Below, piece after piece: positions 18,357 to 24,414 of a stretch of 24,414 nt of DNA. Numbering within the stretch: the first letter of the stretch is position 1; every line of letters starts with the position of its first letter. The position numbers and the translations under genes are program-made. The stretch lies in the sequence record DRR723986_13700; one strand, 5' to 3'. The notes below the pieces were generated by a model. The model saw only the letters and a list, made by a program, of their open reading frames with translations, did no database searches and had not been told where the DNA came from.

Positions 18357-20141
18357 TTATATTTTTTGAAGAGTTAAGGTGTCGGTGCCGCCGCCACCTC
18401 CGCTTACATCTCGGAGTACAACTTCTGTATCTGATGAAGAAATAACATCCCAATCATCATCATTAAATTCTTCAAATGGTAAACTAGCACCAAAATTGAG
18501 AGCCATTTGGTTACCTGCACTTAATACAGCCCAGGTACCATTATTTGTATTAGAGCCATTTGAAGCTGAAACAGTTCCATCCATATTAAAGTCTATTTCA
18601 TAACCGGCATAGTCAGAAGTTTGGTCATCGCTATCTTCGGTGTAAGCAGCTACTATCCACAAACCGTCCAATAATATAGCTTCTAAGTCACTATTTCCAT
18701 TTCCACCGTTAAAAGGGTTGCGCTCAAAAGTTATAAAGTCTTCAGACCCATCACCACCACTGACGTCTTTTAATCTAATAATGTCATTGGTTACTTCAAG
18801 AACATCCCAATCATCGGTTAATTCATCAAGTGGAATACCATTGCCAAAGTTTAGATTTAATCCTAGTTCTGTTTCATCTCCAGAGGTTGTTGACCATGAA
18901 CCAGCAGTCACTCCACTCATGTCTGTAGCAGTTGCTGTATTGTCTGATGAAAAATTGAATACATATTCTACAAAATCTGAAGTCTCGTCAGTATCATCAA
19001 AAAAGTAAGTTACATACCAATCTCCATTTGTTAATGCATTGACTAAAACTGTATCATCAACATTTCCGTTAGATTCACAATCACTTTCAAATTCTAAACG
19101 ATCATCACCTAATCTCAAATCTACTTCCCATTCATCATCATCTTGATCAATCTCATGTAAGTTCCAAGTGTCATTAAAATCTGGCAATCCTGGAATATCA
19201 ATAGTTACTGAAATATTATTTCCTGTTCCAGATGCGTTCCATGTTCCATTAAAGGTATTTGCTCCTTGTGTCACTAAAATGCTTCCATCACTATTAAATT
19301 CAAATGTATACCCTACATAATTATCTTCGAGATCGTTATCATTTCGCTCTAGACCATCTACAGTCCATTCAGAGCAATCTGCAAAAACGGTTTCGAGGTC
19401 ATTAGTTGTGCAGTTATCACAATCATCGTCATCAAAATCATTATCATCATCTTCATCACAAGTATCATCTGCGCTTTCAATGGCATTTTCTAATTCTTGT
19501 ATTGAGTTTATAGTTTGGGTAGTTCCATCAGCAAGGATTACAGTAATTGGGAAGTTAATCGTAGCAGCAGCATATTCATCTAAATCATCAATAAAATCGT
19601 ACATGTCATTATCATTATTGATGGTGATGGAATCGATTATATCATTGTTTTCATCAAAAACAGAGACCGTAATAGGATATTGGAAATCAATACATTCTAT
19701 ATCGTCATCATCTTCATTTTCGCCAACACAATTAACTACAAGAGCTGCCAATTCAGAATCAGAGTTAACAACAACAGTTGTATAATCCGTTAGTATTACA
19801 GTTATAGGATATGAAATTATAATAGAATCTATATCATCATCAAACAAATCTATAATATCCTCAACGTTTTCATAACCATCTTCATCGTTAATTTCAATTT
19901 CAATACCATTAACTGTTACTGTTACAGGAAGTTCAACACTCAAACAACTCGCATTATCAATAATATTATCACTAGATCCATCATTAGTTGCTGTTCTGCT
20001 CATTAGGTCTGCTATAGGTGAATTGGCCTCAATAGTTTCTTCCACTGGTGGATCAATTTCTAAATCGTCTTCGGTTCTACAAGAAGTCATAGTGATTAAA
20101 ATCCCTATAACTAGTAGTAAGATTGGCTTCAATGTTTTCAT
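18357..20141 (-). CDS. Large, highly acidic multidomain lipoprotein (594 aa from the ATG at 20141); function unknown
   Basis: The ATG at 20141 gives the clean signal MKTLKPILLLVIGILITMTSC-RTEDD; two Cys-bracketed N-terminal repeats (YPITV/FPITV) and three lipocalin-like repeats. Confidence 0.85.
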   Translation of the reverse strand: MKTLKPILLLVIGILITMTSCRTEDDLEIDPPVEETIEANSPIADLMSRTATNDGSSDNIIDNASCLSVELPVTVTVNGIEIEINDEDGYENVEDIIDLFDDDIDSIIISYPITVILTDYTTVVVNSDSELAALVVNCVGENEDDDDIECIDFQYPITVSVFDENNDIIDSITINNDNDMYDFIDDLDEYAAATINFPITVILADGTTQTINSIQELENAIESADDTCDEDDDNDFDDDDCDNCTTNDLETVFADCSEWTVDGLERNDNDLEDNYVGYTFEFNSDGSILVTQGANTFNGTWNASGTGNNISVTIDIPGLPDFNDTWNLHEIDQDDDEWEVDLRLGDDRLEFESDCESNGNVDDTVLVNALTNGDWYVTYFFDDTDETSDFVEYVFNFSSDNTATATDMSGVTAGSWSTTSGDETELGLNLNFGNGIPLDELTDDWDVLEVTNDIIRLKDVSGGDGSEDFITFERNPFNGGNGNSDLEAILLDGLWIVAAYTEDSDDQTSDYAGYEIDFNMDGTVSASNGSNTNNGTWAVLSAGNQMALNFGASLPFEEFNDDDWDVISSSDTEVVLRDVSGGGGGTDTLTLQKI

Positions 20142-20203
20142 AATGTATTGGTTTTTAATTTTAAGTTTGTTTGCTAATGGGCTTTTAAATTGCCTCTTTA
20201 TAT

Positions 20204-20231
20204 TAAAACAACTCAATAAAAAATAGTCCCA
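20204..20231 (-). promoter_or_regulatory. Putative ECF-sigma promoter driving the lipoprotein pair
   Basis: Minus strand TGGGAC-tattttttattga-GTTGTTTTA; boxes and 13-nt spacer match the copy at 20819-20846. Confidence 0.72.
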
Positions 20232-20290
20232 AGAAAAAAATAAATTTATTTTTATTTATCTTTCTTTTTTGAAATCAAAAAACTCAAACC

Positions 20291-20809
20291 TTGCCAAAAT
20301 CATTGCACCAACATATATGTGACAAAAGTCGCTTCTCAAAAATCTATGAGAAGTACGCTCAAACACTGAGTAATATTTTGTTTTACAAATATGGTGAACT
20401 TTTAAATCCTGCTGACAAAGTACAAGAGGCGTTTATTAAGCTATGGGAAAACTGTGCTAAAATAAAACCAGAAACTGCAAAATATTATTTATATACCACG
20501 GCAAACAATATGATGCTAAATGAAGTTAAGCATCAAAAGGTAGTTTTAAAATATCAGCAAGTTAAACCAAAAGATTATACCAACGAATCTCCAGAATTTA
20601 TCCTGCGCAAGAAGGAGTTTCTAAAACGGTTTGAACATGTTCTATCTCAATTAAAAGAAGAAGAACGCGTTGCATTCTTACTAAATAAAGTAGACGGTAA
20701 AACACATAAAGAGGTTGCAGAAATTTTAGGCATTACAAAAAAAGTAGCTGAACACAGAATCTATGCTGCTTTAAATAAACTTAAAGATGAGCTTGAAGAA
20801 TTAAATTAA
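20291..20809 (+). CDS. ECF-type sigma-70 factor (TTG start)
   Basis: Region 2 DKVQEAFIKLWEN...YLYTTANN; region 4 ERVAFLL...GKTHKEVAEILGITKKVAEHRIYAAL; 172 aa; upstream of fecR. Confidence 0.95.
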   Translation: MPKSLHQHICDKSRFSKIYEKYAQTLSNILFYKYGELLNPADKVQEAFIKLWENCAKIKPETAKYYLYTTANNMMLNEVKHQKVVLKYQQVKPKDYTNESPEFILRKKEFLKRFEHVLSQLKEEERVAFLLNKVDGKTHKEVAEILGITKKVAEHRIYAALNKLKDELEELN

Positions 20810-20818
20810 AAATAATTC

Positions 20819-20846
20819 TGGGACATTTATTATTTAAGTTGTTTTA
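20819..20846 (+). promoter_or_regulatory. Putative ECF-sigma promoter driving fecR and the TBDR
   Basis: TGGGAC-atttattatttaa-GTTGTTTTA in the 55-nt sigma/fecR spacer, 18 nt before the fecR ATG. Confidence 0.72.
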
Positions 20847-20864
20847 TAAATATAACATCATGTT

Positions 20865-21767
20865 ATGGACAAAGAACAATTAATAAAAAAGTGGTTAAAT
20901 AATGACCTGTCAGAGACAGAGTCAAAGGCTTTCAACGCGTTGAAAGATGCCAACTTATTTAAAGAAATTATTGAAGAAGCTCAACGATTCAGTGGTAATA
21001 CACATGCAAATGTTGAATCCTTTGATGCATTAGATAAGATATTAGTTTCTAAAAAGACTACATCTACAAATTGGATGACGATAGTTTCAAGTTTAGCCGC
21101 TATTCTAGTTGTTGGTTTTGCATTGTTTACCGTAATCAATACAGACCAAATAAACTCTTTTAAGACCGATTTAGCTCAAAACGAGACCATCACTCTACCA
21201 GACAATTCAATAGTTAATCTAAATGAGTTATCAGAGCTAGAGTATGTAAGTTCTAATTGGGACGAGAATAGATCTTTAACCCTAAAGGGTGAAGCTTTTT
21301 TTGATGTGGAAAAAGGAAAACGATTCGATGTTAATACCGCATTTGGTAAAGTAAGTGTTCTAGGTACAGAGTTTAATGTTCTATCAAGAGATCGTATTTT
21401 CAAAGTATCCTGTTATGAAGGTTTGGTGCAAGTAACTCATAATAATAAAGATATTAAACTTCCTGCTGGAACTGAATTTATTTTATCATCAGGAAAAGGA
21501 TTAAAGACAAGCATTGCAGTCGCTGAACCCTATTGGCTTAAAAACATGAGTGTTTTTGAAAATGCGTCTTTTGAGGCAGTTGTTGAGGAACTAGAAAAAC
21601 AATACAACATCAGCATACAATATCCATCTGAGCTAAATATCAATTTCACAGGTGCTTTTGAACATAACAATCTTGAAAATGCTCTAAAATCCATATCAAA
21701 ACCCCTTAATTTGACCTATACCATTCAAAATACTAACGAGGTCATTATAAAGAATGGGCAAAACTAA
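20865..21767 (+). CDS. fecR: FecR-family anti-sigma factor / transmembrane sensor
   Basis: Single TM segment (IVSSLAAILVVGFALFTVI); TLPDNSIVNLN, LKGEAFFDV, VSVLGTEFNV; C-terminal FEN..F..VV.ELE.QY...FTGAF domain. Confidence 0.93.
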   Translation: MDKEQLIKKWLNNDLSETESKAFNALKDANLFKEIIEEAQRFSGNTHANVESFDALDKILVSKKTTSTNWMTIVSSLAAILVVGFALFTVINTDQINSFKTDLAQNETITLPDNSIVNLNELSELEYVSSNWDENRSLTLKGEAFFDVEKGKRFDVNTAFGKVSVLGTEFNVLSRDRIFKVSCYEGLVQVTHNNKDIKLPAGTEFILSSGKGLKTSIAVAEPYWLKNMSVFENASFEAVVEELEKQYNISIQYPSELNINFTGAFEHNNLENALKSISKPLNLTYTIQNTNEVIIKNGQN

Positions 21768-24258
21768 ATTTTACATAATTCTTGTACTATACTTCGTGCC
21801 ATTTTATATAGCGCCAGGACAAACCTCAGAGCAAAAAGTTCCAATTACGGAAGTATTGCAACAAATCACAAAAACACATTCAATTAGTTTTAATTACGAA
21901 AGCAGCCTTTTGGAAGATATATTTGTCGTTCCAGTTTCAGAGGATATAAGCTTGGCAACTAAGATTAAAAACCTGGAAAAGCAAACTAATTTAGTTTTTG
22001 AAAAGGTTAGCAATCTAGTTTACACCATTTCTAAAACTATTAGATTGTGTGGTTATATAAAAGATTCAGAATTAGAACAGCCACTTACAAATGCTACTAT
22101 AACAAGCAAGTTAGCTTATACTGTCACTGATGAGAATGGATATTTTGAAATTGAGTTGAAGTCTCTAAATGAATTGGTAACCATAAGACATATAGGATTT
22201 AAAACTATAGAACGCCAAGTAAAGTATTTTAGTTTAGAAGGCTGTGCATCGCTTACAATGTTTATTCAACAAGAAGTTATAGCACCAGTACTCATTGAAA
22301 CATATCTTGTGAGAGGTATAGACAAAAGACAAGACTGGACAACTTCAATAGATTACAAAAAGTTTAGCCTATTACCTGGTCTTATTGAATCTGATGTTCT
22401 TCAAACAGTACAAGCCTTACCAAGTATTTCAAGTATTGATGAAACAGTTTCTAATATTAACATTAGAGGTGGTTCTCACGATCAAAATCTGATACTTTGG
22501 GACAACATTAAAATGTATCAAACAGGACATTTTTTTGGCCTCATATCTAGTTTTAATCCACTTATGACGCAAACTGCTAGTGTTATTAATAATGGGTCAG
22601 ATGTCTCATTAACTGATGGTGTCTCTGGGACTATACACATGCAGACGGATAAACAACTAGACTCTAAATTCAATGGTGTTTTTGGAGTTAATTTTTTAAA
22701 TGCTGAATCGTTTTCAAACATTCCAATTGGTCATAAATCATCTCTTCAAATTGCCTCTAGAAAATCTTTAGATGACCTTTTTAGAACTCCGACTTACAAT
22801 GCGTATTTCGAAAGAGTAACCCAAGATACTGAAGCTAAAAATAATATCTCTAATGTCACCAATTCTAATCAAGAATTTAATTTCTATGACACTTCGTTAC
22901 GATGGTTATATCAACCAACGGATAAAGACCAAATTCGATTAAATTTTATTCTCATAAATAATGATTTAGGCTTCAATGAAACGGCTGATATCAATGGAAT
23001 ATCCAGAACTAGACGCAGTAACATATCGCAAAACAGCCTTGCAATTGGTATAAATTATAAAAGACAATGGAACGAAAAACTCAATTCAACTATTAATATA
23101 TACAATAGTGAATATAAACTAGAAGCTCTCAATGCCGACGTATTGAGCAATCAGTTACAATTACAGGAGAACGTTGTTTCCGAAACAAGTATCCAACTAA
23201 ATAACTTATATGAGCAAAAGCAATGGCGTTTTAATCTAGGATATCAATTTACAGAAACCGAAGTTATTAACTTAAATGATATTGATTTACCTAGATTTGT
23301 GAGACGCGATGAGGAAATCTTAAGAGAACATAGTACTTACAGTCAAGCCTGGTATAAAAGTTCTGACAATGACTTTTCTATTAGAGGTGGCATAAGAGCA
23401 AATTACCTAACTCGGTTTGAGAAACTGATTATTGAGCCAAGATTAAGCCTAAGAAAGTCTATTGGCCAACATATTGAAATTGAAGCTCAAGGAGAATTTA
23501 AACATCAAAACACCACACAGATAGTCAATTTCCAAAATGATTTTTTAGGCATTGAAAGGAGGCGTTGGCAATTAACAGATGATGATAGTATTCCTGTAAT
23601 ACAAAGTAAACAAGCGTCCTTAGGTATAACATATAAAAAAAACGGATGGTTATTAGACGCCAAAGGCTATTATAAAACAGTTGATGGCATAACAACACAA
23701 AGCCAGAGCTTCACCACTAAATACGAATTTGCAAAAGAAAAAGGAAGTTTTAGTGTTTATGGTATTGAGTTTTTATGTAGAAAGAAATTAGGTAGTTTTA
23801 ATAGTTGGTTAAGTTATTCGTACATGAACAACATCTACACCTTCAAAGCTCTTGAAGATATTGAGTTTCCAAGTAATTTTGACATTTCACATTCTGTTAC
23901 TTTGGGAACAACGTTTAGTAATAACTCTTGGAATGTTTCAGCCGGATTAAATTACAGAACAGGAAAACCTACCTCTATCCCTTTAAGTGGGAATGAAATA
24001 ATTGATGATGATGTCAATTTTGATAAAGCGAATAACGAAAGATTATTAGATTATCTAAGAATTGATGCTTCTGCTATATATAAGTTCAAAATAAGTAATA
24101 CGTTACGGTCAGAAATTGGAGCTTCCATCTGGAATATTTCTAATAGAGAAAATGCCATAAATAACTACTTTAGAGTTAATGAAAGTGATACTGTAAATGG
24201 ATTTTCAAGGTTTTCTTTGGGATTAACCACCAATGCTGTTATTCGTATTTACTTCTAA
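21754..24258 (+). CDS. TonB-dependent receptor/transducer with N-terminal signalling (STN-like) domain; non-SusC type
   Basis: Signal peptide; STN-like ITEVLQQI...ISFNY...L..LEKQTNL.F; carboxypeptidase-regulatory-like GYIKD...TDENGYF...IGFKT; plug NIRGGSHDQNLILWDNI; YLRIDAS; terminal Phe; overlaps fecR by 14 nt. Confidence 0.92.
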   Translation: MGKTKFYIILVLYFVPFYIAPGQTSEQKVPITEVLQQITKTHSISFNYESSLLEDIFVVPVSEDISLATKIKNLEKQTNLVFEKVSNLVYTISKTIRLCGYIKDSELEQPLTNATITSKLAYTVTDENGYFEIELKSLNELVTIRHIGFKTIERQVKYFSLEGCASLTMFIQQEVIAPVLIETYLVRGIDKRQDWTTSIDYKKFSLLPGLIESDVLQTVQALPSISSIDETVSNINIRGGSHDQNLILWDNIKMYQTGHFFGLISSFNPLMTQTASVINNGSDVSLTDGVSGTIHMQTDKQLDSKFNGVFGVNFLNAESFSNIPIGHKSSLQIASRKSLDDLFRTPTYNAYFERVTQDTEAKNNISNVTNSNQEFNFYDTSLRWLYQPTDKDQIRLNFILINNDLGFNETADINGISRTRRSNISQNSLAIGINYKRQWNEKLNSTINIYNSEYKLEALNADVLSNQLQLQENVVSETSIQLNNLYEQKQWRFNLGYQFTETEVINLNDIDLPRFVRRDEEILREHSTYSQAWYKSSDNDFSIRGGIRANYLTRFEKLIIEPRLSLRKSIGQHIEIEAQGEFKHQNTTQIVNFQNDFLGIERRRWQLTDDDSIPVIQSKQASLGITYKKNGWLLDAKGYYKTVDGITTQSQSFTTKYEFAKEKGSFSVYGIEFLCRKKLGSFNSWLSYSYMNNIYTFKALEDIEFPSNFDISHSVTLGTTFSNNSWNVSAGLNYRTGKPTSIPLSGNEIIDDDVNFDKANNERLLDYLRIDASAIYKFKISNTLRSEIGASIWNISNRENAINNYFRVNESDTVNGFSRFSLGLTTNAVIRIYF

Positions 24259-24300
24259 AGATTAAGTTGTCTATATACTTGTATTTAAATTCTATTGATC

Positions 24301-24328
24301 AAAAAAGCCAACTCGTAAGAGTCAGCTT
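24301..24328 (-). terminator. Terminator downstream of tRNA-Leu, convergent with the TBDR gene
   Basis: Minus strand AAGCTGACTC-TTAC-GAGTTGGCTT-TTTT, with two G-U pairs that form only on the minus strand. Confidence 0.7.
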
Positions 24329-24338
24329 CTTGATTATG

Positions 24339-24414
24339 TACAGGCGGCGAGACTCGAACTCGCACACCTCGCGGCACTAGATCCTAAGTCTAGCGTGTCT
24401 ACCAATTCCACCAC
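24339..24414 (-). tRNA. tRNA-Leu (anticodon TAG); about 6 nt of the 5' end lie outside the window
   Basis: Minus strand: D-arm GTGGAATTGGTAGACAC, anticodon arm CTAGA-CTTAGGA-TCTAG, long variable arm, T-arm GCGAG-TTCGAGT-CTCGC, acceptor 3' strand CGCCTGT-A; CCA not encoded. Confidence 0.97.

Noticed and set aside
19420-19460. TCA/TCG trinucleotide runs as a microsatellite or CRISPR-like repeat
   Set aside because: Imperfect and fully explained by poly-Asp coding; no repeat-spacer array seen in the window
20142-20216. ORF-track N-terminal extension of the large lipoprotein (start at 20216)
   Set aside because: That TTG lies inside the putative ECF promoter; the ATG at 20141 yields a canonical lipoprotein signal peptide
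17896-20226. Ser-rich plus-strand ORFs (17896, 18379, 18718, 19408, 20023)
   Set aside because: Poly-Ser is the antisense read (TCA/TCG) of Asp/Glu codon runs in the acidic lipoproteins
22330-22430. Atypical residues in the TBDR plug region (QDW, ALPSI where Gly might be expected) as a sign of decay
   Set aside because: The ORF is full length with a terminal Phe and intact plug motifs; this cannot be judged without an alignment
21176-22721. Minus-strand ORFs 21176-21403 and 22518-22721
   Set aside because: Antisense shadows of fecR and the TBDR gene
17320-24414. Genomic island integrated at tRNA-Leu
   Set aside because: No integrase or transposase, no duplicated tRNA 3' end that I could find, and no obvious compositional shift

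Overview
AT-rich Bacteroidota DNA, probably Flavobacteriaceae (inferred from SusC/SusD, a T9SS cargo protein and TAnnTTT(G/A)-type promoters). Positions 1-17313 hold an alpha-glucan (starch/glycogen/maltodextrin) utilisation locus. Its minus-strand arm encodes a LacI regulator, MFS sugar transporter, beta-phosphoglucomutase, GH65 maltose phosphorylase, GH13 cyclomaltodextrinase/neopullulanase and a partial alpha/beta-hydrolase missing from the ORF track. Its plus-strand arm encodes SusC, SusD, a SusE-like protein and a T9SS-secreted GH13 amylase. A perfect 18-bp LacI-type operator lies between the two arms. Next comes a decayed DUF4174-like pseudogene. Positions 17841-24258 form a cell-surface-signalling cassette: ECF sigma, FecR-like anti-sigma and a TonB-dependent transducer with no SusD, divergent from two very acidic lipoproteins that share a repeated domain. 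The window ends in a partial tRNA-Leu(TAG). The most interesting observation is a bipartite motif, TGGGAC-N13-GTTGTTTTA, found both upstream of the lipoprotein pair and between the sigma and fecR genes. It suggests a self-contained ECF regulon whose outputs are uncharacterised surface lipoproteins. All family assignments come from motif recognition by eye; no database searches were run.
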